The notes beneath the pieces are model-generated. The model ran no database searches. It worked only from the letters and a program-made list of their open reading frames with translations, and was not told the origin of the DNA. This document shows, piece after piece, positions 10,401-20,129 of a DNA stretch of 55,141 nt. Location: the IMG/VR virus record IMGVR_UViG_3300036770_004513; one strand, written 5' to 3'. Position numbers and translations under genes: made by a program. Every line of letters begins with the position of its first letter. The first letter of the stretch is position 1. This stretch comes from an uncultured virus (IMG/VR IMGVR_UViG_3300036770_004513). Its lineage: Duplodnaviria; Heunggongvirae; Uroviricota; Caudoviricetes.

Positions 10401-11322
10401 CTAGAGACGAATTTAAAGTGGTTGCACCATCAACATCAAGAGATGAATTTAAAGTGGTTGCCCCATCTACATCTAATGAATTATTAAGCGTTGTAATGCC
10501 GTCAACATCTAGAGACGAATTTAAAGTAGTTGCTCCATCTACATCTAGAGTTGAGTTTAATGTGGTAGCACCATCAACATTTAATGTCGTATCAAAATCA
10601 CTTGCCCCTGTTACGTGGAAAGTTCCATAAACATCTAAGGTTGTATTGGGGTTCGTGGTATTAATACCAACACCCGTCATCCTATAAATTTCGCCAAATG
10701 TATTATAACCCCATAAGTCCTGGGTTTGAATGTCGGCAATAAAATTTGGATTGGATGGATTGGGAATAGGGATTAATGTATCAGTCCCTATGCCTTGGCT
10801 ATTGTTTTGAACAAAGTTTAAGACGCTAAACGATTGGGCTAATCCTGCAAGTGGAATGTATTGCCCTTCATCTTGAACATAAAATCCTGCAATAATGTCT
10901 GGATTACCAGGGAGCCATCTTATTCCATTAGTGTCCCTAGACAGGAAATAACCATTACTACCAGGAGAATTTACGCTATCATAAATGTTTTCATCAATTT
11001 TAATGGAACCATCTACATCAATCCTTTGCTGTGGTTGGGTTGATCCAACTCCAATGTTTCCACGTACAATAAGATTTCCATTAACATCTAAGGCTGCTAA
11101 TGGATTAGTGGTTCCAATACCAATGTTTCCGGTGCTTGTTGTTAAGATGGTACCACCAATACCAACATCAAGCCTCTTTTGAATTGTTGCAATACCAGTA
11201 AGATTAAAGTCAATTGTCCCATCTTCATTGATGGTAAAAGGATCGTTCGACTCCGGTAGAATTGGTGGTTCTACTGCATAAAGATTAATATCAAAATAAG
11301 TCGTTCCAATCCCGATTGACAT
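7402..11322 (-). CDS. Tail fibre/virion structural protein with 12-aa repeats and probable beta-helix (1306 aa)
   Basis: GNIGIGTTNP motifs; DGATTLNSSLDV repeats; IYVSMNGNDDNTG...PKRTVKSA...PGDTIKLFPGSY motif typical of pectin-lyase-like fibre domains. Confidence 0.8.
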   Translation of the reverse strand: MSIGIGTTYFDINLYAVEPPILPESNDPFTINEDGTIDFNLTGIATIQKRLDVGIGGTILTTSTGNIGIGTTNPLAALDVNGNLIVRGNIGVGSTQPQQRIDVDGSIKIDENIYDSVNSPGSNGYFLSRDTNGIRWLPGNPDIIAGFYVQDEGQYIPLAGLAQSFSVLNFVQNNSQGIGTDTLIPIPNPSNPNFIADIQTQDLWGYNTFGEIYRMTGVGINTTNPNTTLDVYGTFHVTGASDFDTTLNVDGATTLNSTLDVDGATTLNSSLDVDGITTLNNSLDVDGATTLNSSLDVDGATTLNSSLDVDGITTLNNSLDVDGATTLNSSLDVDGITTLNNSLDVDGATTLNSTLDVDGITILQNTQESTDPDTGALQVKGGVGIKKDLQVEGDITTESNFYGQGENILGIVTQIVPSIGINIQSTQTPGKGVVTIDAYKPVGRTIYVSMNGNDDNTGLAENHPKRTVKSAASAALPGDTIKLFPGSYVEENPIILAPTVSIEGTELRNATLTPRYLDRDFFHLNNGCHITDSSFIGPNVTNGAAMVAFQPLQGVHDDRYFDAARLIRLNLDFIANETLGYLTSTTYRNPPFNLGVTSTTKCANDIKSVWKAVCHDITRGGNSKCVGAGLSYYNGTSLQHIVGVKTETIDAFIYSAGIAKSVVNNVQWNGNFQSNYTQVRDLSIQNDPITNSNIDINSCQNVISALYSCVGVVTNIVNYGPDAFSIVGFNTNFPGNSGRGFESVVGITSAVYNNENGKVTIAAPGYVVRKGDRVEIRDLNFSCSSNGSGISTQKFPSGKYGFEFYVDKVNQDNTFVLNVGVSTLPHNYVGGGYVVDRAKSVTNAVYDNVSGIVTITAPGAYVRVGDLVTLSGLGFTCPTDPNTVLQFPSGNLGYDFRVTSVIGVGTTFSAFVGPSTVQHNYVSGGIVRPPYSKGVGNIVQGPYVRNTTNFVGNSIGMKVDGFAAEPGDAEDIGVTGAMSVDSYTQYNQGGIGVSITNGSYCQLVSIFTICDDIAIYTGSGGQCDITNSNSSFGRLGLVAEGVGDKTTRSIYRYTGEVVGTAEVDQDIVVVSGIGSNRPYDGQAIYFGDLFYTIQNILITNGGSGYSGSTGIIIETPDGPNGTPAEALATIDNGVVTAIDLISSGSQFTQAQVDAGISISFTGGGSNATAVAIMEPVYYNIESATLPSAGVSTMTLTTNLNNTIGAGTTVYFSRLSLQIASSHSFEWVGAGNDIFKAKPGLGGVAIQENEVVRINGGQVVYTSTDQAGNFKIGDDFTINQLTGTITGRAFNQSLLNTVTPVIIALAN
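10248..10590 (-). repeat. Tandem 36-nt coding repeat (LDVDG[A/I]TTLN[S/N]S), about 9-10 copies
   Basis: Near-identical DNA blocks such as acatctaatgaattattaagcgttgtaatgccgtcaacatctagagacgaatttaaagt recur three times. Confidence 0.9.
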
Positions 11323-11341
11323 TTCTTATTGACTAATAAGG

Positions 11342-12133
11342 CTATTTATTGATGCTATACTCATCGTTATTACCAGGATAATCGTCTGGTGAATAGCCAG
11401 GGTATTCTGGAATTAAGTCCTCACCATCAGCCCTTGTTGCAAAGACGTGATAAAAACAATGAATAGGAATCATTGTATTGGAATCAAGTTTAATTTTTTC
11501 TGGTGTAATTCGTCTTACAATAATGTTTTGATAAGCCCCGATTGGGGTGATGCTCACTGTAATCGAATCAAGATGAACAAACTTTCTCCAATACTCTGGA
11601 AGAATAATTTCATCTTCGTTCTTGAGTTTTCCTCTAACATAAACATCATTATAAGGTGCTTCTGTGCAAGTATGTCTTAGTCTCCAACCATTTTTAGTTG
11701 GATGAGGAACATCAAAGTTCTTTTTCTTTGATAATTTATGTGCCCCGCAGTAGGCTGTCACATCCCCTTGGGACTCAATTGATTTCCCTGCTCTAATTGT
11801 TTCTCCTGCTGTAATGTCTAGATTAACATCCAAGTAATTATGAACAGCAGCATCACCAAAGACGTGCATTGAATAAGGAGAGTGATTATAAAGACCACAA
11901 GCAGATAATGCACCAGGAAGTAAAAATGGTCCGGTATCAATGTTACTATCTGGGCCGATCATTGTGGCTGCTGTTTGCGCCGGCCATTGATCAGGCGAAC
12001 CCATAACAACTGGTCCTTCTAATGAGGCCCCACCTCTTACCTTTTCGGGGCCTAACTTAAGAACAGGTGTTGGATAACCTTCGCCAACAATAAGCTGGTG
12101 TGAAACAATAATGTCGTCTTGTGAGAGTGCCAT
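11342..12133 (-). CDS. Baseplate hub/tail-associated protein (gp5 C-terminal-like with chaperone-like tail)
   Basis: Lies downstream of the gp5-like genes; C-terminal KNFDVPHPTKNGWRLRHTCTEAP...VYVRG motif seen in cyanophage tail proteins. Confidence 0.55.
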   Translation of the reverse strand: MALSQDDIIVSHQLIVGEGYPTPVLKLGPEKVRGGASLEGPVVMGSPDQWPAQTAATMIGPDSNIDTGPFLLPGALSACGLYNHSPYSMHVFGDAAVHNYLDVNLDITAGETIRAGKSIESQGDVTAYCGAHKLSKKKNFDVPHPTKNGWRLRHTCTEAPYNDVYVRGKLKNEDEIILPEYWRKFVHLDSITVSITPIGAYQNIIVRRITPEKIKLDSNTMIPIHCFYHVFATRADGEDLIPEYPGYSPDDYPGNNDEYSINK

Positions 12134-12789
12134 TAAACGTAATCTTGTGTTGTAATGTATTTAAGCGTTGATTGTTCAATAGGAACACCCTTTGCTGGCC
12201 TTAAAGTGGATGCAGTTGTAAGGCCTTTTGTGAAATTACTGATAATACTAAGCGATGTATTGGCAACAAGATCAATGTTCCTTGTAGTAAAAACCTTTGC
12301 ACCTAATGTTGCCTTTACATCAAAGCTACCTGTTTTAAGGTTAATGGATTGGTTAGAATCGAGATTGATACTACCTCTTGTATTATCAGGGCCTTCTGCT
12401 CTGATGTCCACATCCATACCAGAAATTCTTACCCTACCATTAGGGGCTCTTATAACAATGTCGCCGTTTTCAGCAAAGAGAAAATAGCCGATACCTTCTT
12501 TACTTCCTTGTTCTCCAGCGTGATCAGTTGCGCAAACAACATTATAAGGTCCTGGTGAACGATTAATCGTGGTTCCTTGCATCGGACCATTCTTAATCAT
12601 ACTCAAATAATGTAGCGAATGATACCCTTGTATGTGTACTCCTGCAATGGCGGATGAGGAATCAACATTAATGTTTGCAGGATACATGTATCCAAAGTAA
12701 ATCTTACCATCCTTATTGCCATAAGAAATGGTATCAGGATTAACCTTTTCGCCTGGTTCAGTTGTCTTTAGATTTGAAAGATCAATCAT
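12133..12789 (-). CDS. Baseplate hub subunit (gp5 beta-helix-like segment)
   Basis: AENGDIVIRAPNGRVRISG beta-strand repeats; coupled to the gp5-like gene. Confidence 0.5.
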   Translation of the reverse strand: MIDLSNLKTTEPGEKVNPDTISYGNKDGKIYFGYMYPANINVDSSSAIAGVHIQGYHSLHYLSMIKNGPMQGTTINRSPGPYNVVCATDHAGEQGSKEGIGYFLFAENGDIVIRAPNGRVRISGMDVDIRAEGPDNTRGSINLDSNQSINLKTGSFDVKATLGAKVFTTRNIDLVANTSLSIISNFTKGLTTASTLRPAKGVPIEQSTLKYITTQDYV

Positions 12790-14978
12790 TAGACTTTACC
12801 CACGCAATCAACAACATTAATAACTGGTGTGCCAATAGGAATCGTATCATTTACCTCATCAAGATCACCAACTCGAATAGACCGGAATAGTGGTAAGATA
12901 ACAGCATTAAATCCGGTTTGAGAATTGATTGTGATCTTGGGAAACTCCGTGAACCCAATACCTCTATTTACAATAATAATGTCCTTGATTTCCCCATTAT
13001 CAAAGATAACATCTAATTCGGCGCCATTACTCGGATTGATGGAAATGGTATCACCATCACTGTATCCGACACCTTTATTTGTCAATACAACATCTTCTAA
13101 TTCTAGAACAACAGGATAAGCATTATTAGAACTGGGTTCAGAACCAATTAATCTATCTTGGCTTACACATTCAGGGGTTGTTAGGGTTCCATCTTGTTCA
13201 ATTGTAATTGGAATAGTTTGACCTCTACCAATAAGTTCTTGAACAATGCTACCATTAGAATCATAAACCTGGGCTAATGCGAATGTTCTCAAATAAACCA
13301 AGTCGCCCTGGAGAACATTGATTGTTGTTCCGCATTCATAAACATTATAACCTGCATTATTGAATACAATTGTATCATTAGGTCCAGAGAAAGTATAACC
13401 ATTTCCGCCCGTGCTACCATCAGGATAAGGTAAATACCCTGTGCCAGGATCTATAATAGCAACAGAACTCACTTCAAATTCATCCTCTGTATCATCAGAT
13501 GTTTTCTTTTTGGACTTCATAATAGGAACAGCATAAGCCCCACTTCCTCTTCCGCAAACATCACCAATTTGAATTGTTGGAGGTGTCTTATAGGTTCCAC
13601 CAGAGATTAAATCAACACCTAAGATCGCTCCAGTTGCACTGATAATAGGGTTACCAACTGCCCCAGATCCTTGGCCAATAAAGGTGATCTGTGGGGGACC
13701 ACAAGGAACCTGTGATGTATTACAGGCGATAGGTGTTTCACCTTTAAGTAAAGATGATGTAATTCCTGCTATCCTCTTATCAAGACCAGCATTAATGTTT
13801 TCCGTAAATTGTCTGGCCCCGCTAAAGATACTCCATTGCTCATCCATTTCACAACTTAACTCTTCCTCGCAGGTTAAAAATTCTAGAATACCAATTACAA
13901 TGGATAATCCCGAGAAAATTGTTCCTGCAATTTGACTGATCCCTAAAGGTGCAATAAGATTACTGATTCCACTACTGATTTCATTGAATACATTGCTTAA
14001 GATGTTAGAAATAAAGGCCTCTGCTGCACATAAAGGGGCATTAACATAACGATCAATAACTTGATCTAGAGCAGACTTAACTAAAGATAAAAGATTCTTG
14101 ATGATTTTTTGAAAGATGCACAGTAGAATGTCGGTAAGTTTTTCAAACTCTTGATTAAAATTTACCCGCAATTGTGGCTCTAGTTCTGCAAGAATAAGGT
14201 TCAACTGTTCATTAATTTTATTGACAATAAAGGATCTTATGGAGTCAATAATGGTTTTCATTAAGGATGTTATGAGATTCTGCACCTGGGTTAGTTGATT
14301 AGAAATAAGCCCTTGCAAATCAGACGCAGAACCTATAACCCCAGATCGAACAAGATTAAGAAATGAAATAACATCGCCAATGGATTTTTGGATTCCTTTT
14401 AGAGAACCGGCTGGCCCTTCACATTTTTTTGTCTTTGGAATGTAAAAGAAACGAGTCCCGTCGATAAATTGATCTTTTTGGGCTGTTGTTGCAACATTAA
14501 CATCAACGGTTTCCTTTTTCTTTTGGGTTGTATCAATGTCTTGAGTTGAAATTGGTGGGCTATCAGTAACACCAGAAAATCCACTTCTTGGTGTATAACC
14601 AACTTGTGGATCCCCTTGAAATAAGGCAGTCTTGGCATTATTCGGTAGGACGTGAGCAATCAATGGCTCATTACCATCAACCCCATCTTTATAAAACCCA
14701 ACAACAAAAGAACCTTGTTTAATGTTTGGTGTCTGAACAGATCCAGCGTGGCCGCTACCTGCAGTTACAGGTAATGCAACAGATGCAATAAACAAGTCCT
14801 TATCAGGAACGGTTTTTTCTAGATCGTGTCTACCAATAATCCTTACCCTATAGGAGTAGTTCTCACCTTTAGTATCGGTTGCCTTATGTAGTTTGCCGGT
14901 TGTTTCTTTTTCCCAGTTTACTTTATCAACAACCTGGCCAACCCACCAGTATAAGGCTTCTACTCCAGGTGTGCTCAT
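12789..14978 (-). CDS. Baseplate hub subunit gp5-like (N-terminal OB fold)
   Basis: WWVGQV...YRVRIIGRH...LPVTAGSG...GSFVVGFYKDG pattern of the gp5 OB domain. Confidence 0.7.
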   Translation of the reverse strand: MSTPGVEALYWWVGQVVDKVNWEKETTGKLHKATDTKGENYSYRVRIIGRHDLEKTVPDKDLFIASVALPVTAGSGHAGSVQTPNIKQGSFVVGFYKDGVDGNEPLIAHVLPNNAKTALFQGDPQVGYTPRSGFSGVTDSPPISTQDIDTTQKKKETVDVNVATTAQKDQFIDGTRFFYIPKTKKCEGPAGSLKGIQKSIGDVISFLNLVRSGVIGSASDLQGLISNQLTQVQNLITSLMKTIIDSIRSFIVNKINEQLNLILAELEPQLRVNFNQEFEKLTDILLCIFQKIIKNLLSLVKSALDQVIDRYVNAPLCAAEAFISNILSNVFNEISSGISNLIAPLGISQIAGTIFSGLSIVIGILEFLTCEEELSCEMDEQWSIFSGARQFTENINAGLDKRIAGITSSLLKGETPIACNTSQVPCGPPQITFIGQGSGAVGNPIISATGAILGVDLISGGTYKTPPTIQIGDVCGRGSGAYAVPIMKSKKKTSDDTEDEFEVSSVAIIDPGTGYLPYPDGSTGGNGYTFSGPNDTIVFNNAGYNVYECGTTINVLQGDLVYLRTFALAQVYDSNGSIVQELIGRGQTIPITIEQDGTLTTPECVSQDRLIGSEPSSNNAYPVVLELEDVVLTNKGVGYSDGDTISINPSNGAELDVIFDNGEIKDIIIVNRGIGFTEFPKITINSQTGFNAVILPLFRSIRVGDLDEVNDTIPIGTPVINVVDCVGKV

Positions 14979-15190
14979 TAGACCTCAAAGATTCTACATT
15001 CAGGTGCATCAGGATTTTCATCACAAAAAATTTCAAATACAGTAGGATCTTTCATCCGATCTGGGTGACGCTCACGATAACGCTCAAGGGAATCTAATTC
15101 CTGTTTAAGATGGCGCTTTCTTTGCGGACTGATGGTTGAATTTGATAACTCTTTTTTATTGAGTTGGATGTGATCTGTGATTAGGTTCAT
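14978..15190 (-). CDS. cp12: CP12 Calvin-cycle inhibitor (auxiliary metabolic gene)
   Basis: 70 aa ending FCDENPDAPECRIFEV, the C-terminal C-x8-C motif of CP12; N-terminus SPQRKRH..ELDSLERY is of the cyanophage type. Confidence 0.9.
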   Translation of the reverse strand: MNLITDHIQLNKKELSNSTISPQRKRHLKQELDSLERYRERHPDRMKDPTVFEIFCDENPDAPECRIFEV

Positions 15191-16482
15191 ACTTTGTAAA
15201 TGGATTCCCTAACGAGGTTGATAGATGTGTAACAATTTTCCTTGGTAATTTTGTGAGCAATGTCAACGACAAGATAATTTCCGCTATGTTTATTGCTGAT
15301 TACTTTAGAGGCACGGCTTGAAATCTCTGGGAAATCACAAGTAAGAATGTCTCCAGCATTAATAGAAAAATCACCTGGAATTACAATATTTAGTCGGGTA
15401 TTGAACAGGTTATTGTATCTTGCTGTTGCTTGCCTTACAATGTCATCAATTGGCCAATCTTCGATTTCAATAGCATCGGGATTAGGTGGTAATACACCAA
15501 TAGGTCTCCAACGAGAATTGATTTTTGTTGCCTTATTCCAAAGGTCTAAATCTGTTGCAATTTGAGGTGGCGCAATACCACCCATAAATTCAGGATTAAG
15601 TCGCTCAACATCACTAAAGTTCTTTTCTTCATTATAGGTGTTATTGAAAGGATTAAATGTCTTTGAAATTGGTTTGGTTAATGCCCCCGCTTTTAATGTA
15701 TTATCTAGATTGACGGAACTACTAATAGAATAAGAAACAATCTTACCATTATAACCCGTAGGAAGAAAAGGAGTATTCGTAAAAACAAGCTTTCTTTTTG
15801 GTGTTTGAGTAAAGAGCTTATCAATAGATTTAAAATGATAACCCTCAGGTGTTTCAAAGAAAAAGTAACCGGCAAGTTTACCTAAGGCATTAGGTAAATC
15901 TGGAACGCTTTTAGGTCCAAGCCAGGCTAGCTTATAGAATGGTTTTTCGGTATTACCAAGGAATGAAAAATGATTAATGGTTTGATCAATGAATACATCC
16001 TTTGGTGTTCTAAGTGATTCTTTTAGAATTTGCTGAACTGATTCAGAGATTCTTCCATCATACCTTTTATTGAGTCGAGTATCAACTAACTCATTATCAA
16101 TAACCTCTTTTGAATAAAGATGTATTGTTAGGACTGCCTTATTGGTGCTTTCATCAATGTCATTAACTTGTTGAATCCTTAAATGGGTATCATCCTTAAA
16201 AGAAAGGATTTTACCATAACCATCTTCTAATTGGAGGTTAACTCTTTCTCCTGCTGTTAGATCGAGATCATCCTGCTCAAAAATAGCGGTTGAATTTTCT
16301 TTATTTCTATAACCCGTATCAGCAATAATGCTTGATACTCTTACAGTGTTATCAAGAATACTTTGAAACACCATAAGATCAATAAAGCCACCACTGATGT
16401 TAAGGCTCTTATTGTTATTGGAAAAAACTGTAAATTCTCTAACCTGAGCTGCCCCAGCCTGGGCTGCTATGTTTGCTACCAT
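15187..16482 (-). CDS. Baseplate hub protein (gp27-like)
   Basis: 431 aa; GYFFFETPEGYHFKSIDKL and IPGDFSINAGD...SGNYLV motifs; position just upstream of gp5. Confidence 0.65.
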   Translation of the reverse strand: MVANIAAQAGAAQVREFTVFSNNNKSLNISGGFIDLMVFQSILDNTVRVSSIIADTGYRNKENSTAIFEQDDLDLTAGERVNLQLEDGYGKILSFKDDTHLRIQQVNDIDESTNKAVLTIHLYSKEVIDNELVDTRLNKRYDGRISESVQQILKESLRTPKDVFIDQTINHFSFLGNTEKPFYKLAWLGPKSVPDLPNALGKLAGYFFFETPEGYHFKSIDKLFTQTPKRKLVFTNTPFLPTGYNGKIVSYSISSSVNLDNTLKAGALTKPISKTFNPFNNTYNEEKNFSDVERLNPEFMGGIAPPQIATDLDLWNKATKINSRWRPIGVLPPNPDAIEIEDWPIDDIVRQATARYNNLFNTRLNIVIPGDFSINAGDILTCDFPEISSRASKVISNKHSGNYLVVDIAHKITKENCYTSINLVRESIYKV

Positions 16483-19400
16483 TATCCTCTTTGTGGTAAT
16501 GTACTATTTACTGTAGTTGCAACAGGGAAAGGCATTACGACTGGATTATCAACTGGTACTGTTTGTTGAATAATCATTGGTTGAATAGCCACCACAAATC
16601 TACCATAAGGTCTCTCATAAGATGCATAACCAGATGGAATAGATTGATTGCCATTTCCAATCAATCCACCACGCTTTTTACCAACCCAACCTCTAGGATC
16701 CCACCAGGCTCTTTTTGGTTTGGCCTTACTGGGCCTTTTAGGTGTGCCCCTACTGGGTGTGACCCTACTGGACCTTTTTGATGTGGCCTTACTGGGTCTT
16801 TTAGGTGCTGGAGGTAGTTTAGGTGCCGGAGGTTTCGTACTTGGGGAAGAATAGGGCTTATTGGATCTTAAAGAAGCCCCAAATGTTCGCCAATCAACCT
16901 TACCAAATTTTTTAGAGTAGATGGTAAAATCATTTCTTGTATTTCTTCTTATTGTAAACCTCTCGCCCTTGTGGATAATGTCAACAGCTTCTTTTCTAAT
17001 TACATCAAGATCGCCCAATCTTCTATTAACTTCATCAACGGTAGGATTGATCATTGTAGTTGGAAACATTCTTTCTCGATTTCTTTTTGCCCTTTCTTGC
17101 ATAGGAGTTAATTTCTTTGTTTCTGGGGCTTTCCTTGCCTCTGATTTATTCTTTGAAACAGAGGTGGTTATGGCAACAGTAAGTTCATCCAAAAATTGTT
17201 TGTATTTTGGATGAGTCACAAATCCTTTTCCGAATAATCTCTCTAAGGTAACTAATGACCCCAATTCTAATAATGCAGAAGGTCCCTTTGCTGCTTTATT
17301 GATTGTGGAATTTGAAAGGGTATCGACCCTGAACGTTTGCCCCTGACCAAAAACGCTTGCATACTTTTGGAGAACGGGTGAAAGATTCTGGGCAATATTT
17401 CGATCTAGTTCATCATCTTTCCTAATTCTTGCAAGAAAACCTATACCGCCTTTTTTGGGGTCTGCATCTAAGTGAAATGGCAAAACTGTGGTGCCTTTGT
17501 TTGAGTGCTCTTCAATAAACTTATCATAATCTTCATAGTTACCAAATTCCTCAGGTGTTATAATCCTTACATTGTAGCCCTGTTTTTTTAAACTAGCAGA
17601 AACATAATTGGCAATGGTACCAGTGTATTCTCGTTCTCTACCATCAGCACCAGTTTGACTTGCATTTTTAAAGGTATTACCACCCTTTTTATCAGGAATT
17701 TTATCTTTTAAATGGGCCGGAACATGATCCAAAGGAATAATAATGTCATAATTTCTATCCACTTTTTGTTCCTTTACCCCAGTGAAAGGTAATTTTGGTG
17801 AATACCCAAGATCATCCAGAGGGTCCATTACATCATTTCTTTTATAACCTACTCGACCAGAAACATTAGAAACTTCCCAGTGTAAATGAGGTCCAGTAGA
17901 ACTTCCTGTAGATCCAACTTTACCGACAATTGTGTTCTGTTTAACAACATCCCCTTTTTTGAATGGGCTACGTTCAAGTAAGTGGGCGTATAAATGTTCC
18001 CTTCCGCTTTTTTCCCGAAAAATAACATAATAACCATAACCGCGAGGATCGTTTCCCGCATCAACAATTTCACTATCGGCCAGTGCTCTTAATGGGGTGC
18101 CTTCTTTAATGGAAATGTCTCTACCTCCGTGTATTCGCCCTCTTCTGTGACTAAAACCCGCTTTTTCATTAACACGAAATCCCAATTTTTCCCAATCAAG
18201 ATCAGTCGCAGCCTCAAGATTCATTAAAGGTGTTATTGATGCTGCTATTTTTCCAATTCTTCCTGTTAGTTTAACATTCGCAGAGTGCTGAAATCCGTGT
18301 CGTCCAACAGAAACAGTGGGAGTGGGAAATGGTACACGACTCGGGCGGGTTCCCGATGGATTATAAAACGCGACGCTTCTTGTAACGTAATCTGCCTCTT
18401 GAGCAGACTTACCGGAACTTTTCAACCGCTGTAATAATTTTTCTGGATCATTTCCACCAGCCTTAATCGCTTTTTCTAATGCGGCTTGTCCAGCGTTATT
18501 ACTTGTCCTATAAAAGCTTCCGTTCCTTACAGGCTCGAATTCTTCTCCATTTCTTGCAACAATAATGTCTGTAATTGTTACATCCTTGGCTCTTTTTCCT
18601 GAAATACCAAAGGCAGAAGGGGTTGCCTTACCACTTTTGATTAACCGATAACGATTCAAAATAACGTTCATAACAGCAGCCTTACCTAAGTCGTTTTCGC
18701 CTCCAGCTTCTGCCTGAATAATTTTACCTAAATCCCTAATTTCAGCCTGCGATAATCCACCCATTTCAATCTTGCTTACGTTACCATACTCATCAGCGAA
18801 TCCATCATCTGGTGTTGGCGCACCACCAGGGCCATAAAATTGCCCACTGGGACTAACACCATAATTACCCCTTACGCCAGAAATTCGTCTTTGCTTATCC
18901 ATTTCGGCACTTTCTCTACCCACATTCGTCTTCATTTCGGACAGGGCCTTATTAACTCTATCTTCGACATTCTTTTTAATAATTGTTGCAACAAGATCGA
19001 CAACATTGCCTTTATCTGAAATTCTCTTTATGGATGAATCAACAGTACCACCATAGGCCATTCCCAGGATGTTGCTTTTTACCCTCTGATCGTGTTTTTC
19101 ATTGATCATCTGTGCCAAGGCAACAACATCTTTGGCCGTATTAACATAAACATTATTAGCTGGCTTTCTACCTAAGGCAATGTCAACACCGGAACCAGCC
19201 AAATCGCTAAACAAAGAATTGGATTGTCTTATGGCTCTTGATGCTGCAGATAAGGATTCTACAGGCCCACGAGTTAATTTCCCACCTTTTTGTCTTGGAC
19301 TCTTATAAAAATCTCTGACCCTATTTTCACCACCAACATCTTTTCCAACAGCACCTTCATTGGTTTTTTGTTTTGTTGGTACTCTTAGACGTGTTCTTCT

Positions 19401-20129
19401 ATTGGCCTCAATCTCTCTTGTAATTGGCCGATTAACAGGAACATTATTGCGAGTCGTAATAAGTCCACCAGACTTTGCCCCTTTTACAGGTGGTGTTGGT
19501 GAGGGTTCTCCACTTTTTGGTTTTTTAGCATTAGCAAACTTTTTTGCAATGTCTTCAGCAAGTTTTGCAGATTCTTCTGTAATTTTTGCAGACTTATCGA
19601 GAGTATCATCAAACGTCTTAGTAAATTTATCAAGTTCTTTGTTGACAGGAAGTTTTTTGATGCTATCAGATTCACCTTTAAGTTTATCGCTAATGTCATA
19701 ACCAGTTTTTATAAACCAAGATAGAGTATCAACAAGAGATGTTGTAATCCATCCAATAGCCGATGCAACCCCATCCAACAAACCAACAAGAAATCCTAAT
19801 TTAGGTAAAAAGGGTTGAATTTGTGTAAATACAAAGCCTAGGAAAGTCCAGGCCATAAAGTTAGTGATGGAATCAAAGATACCTGTTTTTACTTTAAGCT
19901 TACTCCCCAGTTTACCAAGCAAATTGGGTTTTTTCTTTTCAATTTCCTCTTCCTTTAGAACTAAACTTAACCTTTTCTTATTTTTGTCGTCATCTTTTTT
20001 ATTGGTTAATTGTTGACCTAGATTCTTTTTTACTACTCTTTCAATTTTACGGACATTGAGCTTCATCTTACGAAGTAAGACTGAATTGCTATCAACCCTA
20101 GGTGTTTGTTGTGTTGGTGTTTGCGTCAT
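16482..20129 (-). CDS. Large virion protein (tape-measure-like) with SleB-like hydrolase, M23 peptidase and amidase_3-like domains
   Basis: N-terminal helical/hydrophobic region; IIQAEAGGE..GKAAVMNVILNR (Hydrolase_2); HGGRD...YAHL...GSTGSSTGPHLHWEV (M23); IIIPLDH...ERE...FHLDA...SALLELG (amidase_3-like). Confidence 0.75.
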   Translation of the reverse strand: MTQTPTQQTPRVDSNSVLLRKMKLNVRKIERVVKKNLGQQLTNKKDDDKNKKRLSLVLKEEEIEKKKPNLLGKLGSKLKVKTGIFDSITNFMAWTFLGFVFTQIQPFLPKLGFLVGLLDGVASAIGWITTSLVDTLSWFIKTGYDISDKLKGESDSIKKLPVNKELDKFTKTFDDTLDKSAKITEESAKLAEDIAKKFANAKKPKSGEPSPTPPVKGAKSGGLITTRNNVPVNRPITREIEANRRTRLRVPTKQKTNEGAVGKDVGGENRVRDFYKSPRQKGGKLTRGPVESLSAASRAIRQSNSLFSDLAGSGVDIALGRKPANNVYVNTAKDVVALAQMINEKHDQRVKSNILGMAYGGTVDSSIKRISDKGNVVDLVATIIKKNVEDRVNKALSEMKTNVGRESAEMDKQRRISGVRGNYGVSPSGQFYGPGGAPTPDDGFADEYGNVSKIEMGGLSQAEIRDLGKIIQAEAGGENDLGKAAVMNVILNRYRLIKSGKATPSAFGISGKRAKDVTITDIIVARNGEEFEPVRNGSFYRTSNNAGQAALEKAIKAGGNDPEKLLQRLKSSGKSAQEADYVTRSVAFYNPSGTRPSRVPFPTPTVSVGRHGFQHSANVKLTGRIGKIAASITPLMNLEAATDLDWEKLGFRVNEKAGFSHRRGRIHGGRDISIKEGTPLRALADSEIVDAGNDPRGYGYYVIFREKSGREHLYAHLLERSPFKKGDVVKQNTIVGKVGSTGSSTGPHLHWEVSNVSGRVGYKRNDVMDPLDDLGYSPKLPFTGVKEQKVDRNYDIIIPLDHVPAHLKDKIPDKKGGNTFKNASQTGADGREREYTGTIANYVSASLKKQGYNVRIITPEEFGNYEDYDKFIEEHSNKGTTVLPFHLDADPKKGGIGFLARIRKDDELDRNIAQNLSPVLQKYASVFGQGQTFRVDTLSNSTINKAAKGPSALLELGSLVTLERLFGKGFVTHPKYKQFLDELTVAITTSVSKNKSEARKAPETKKLTPMQERAKRNRERMFPTTMINPTVDEVNRRLGDLDVIRKEAVDIIHKGERFTIRRNTRNDFTIYSKKFGKVDWRTFGASLRSNKPYSSPSTKPPAPKLPPAPKRPSKATSKRSSRVTPSRGTPKRPSKAKPKRAWWDPRGWVGKKRGGLIGNGNQSIPSGYASYERPYGRFVVAIQPMIIQQTVPVDNPVVMPFPVATTVNSTLPQRG

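Noticed and set aside
10214..10630. 138-aa plus-strand repeat ORF, and a CRISPR-like appearance of the 36-nt repeats
   Set aside because: It is the antisense shadow of the coding repeat. The units are contiguous with no unique spacers, and there are no cas genes.
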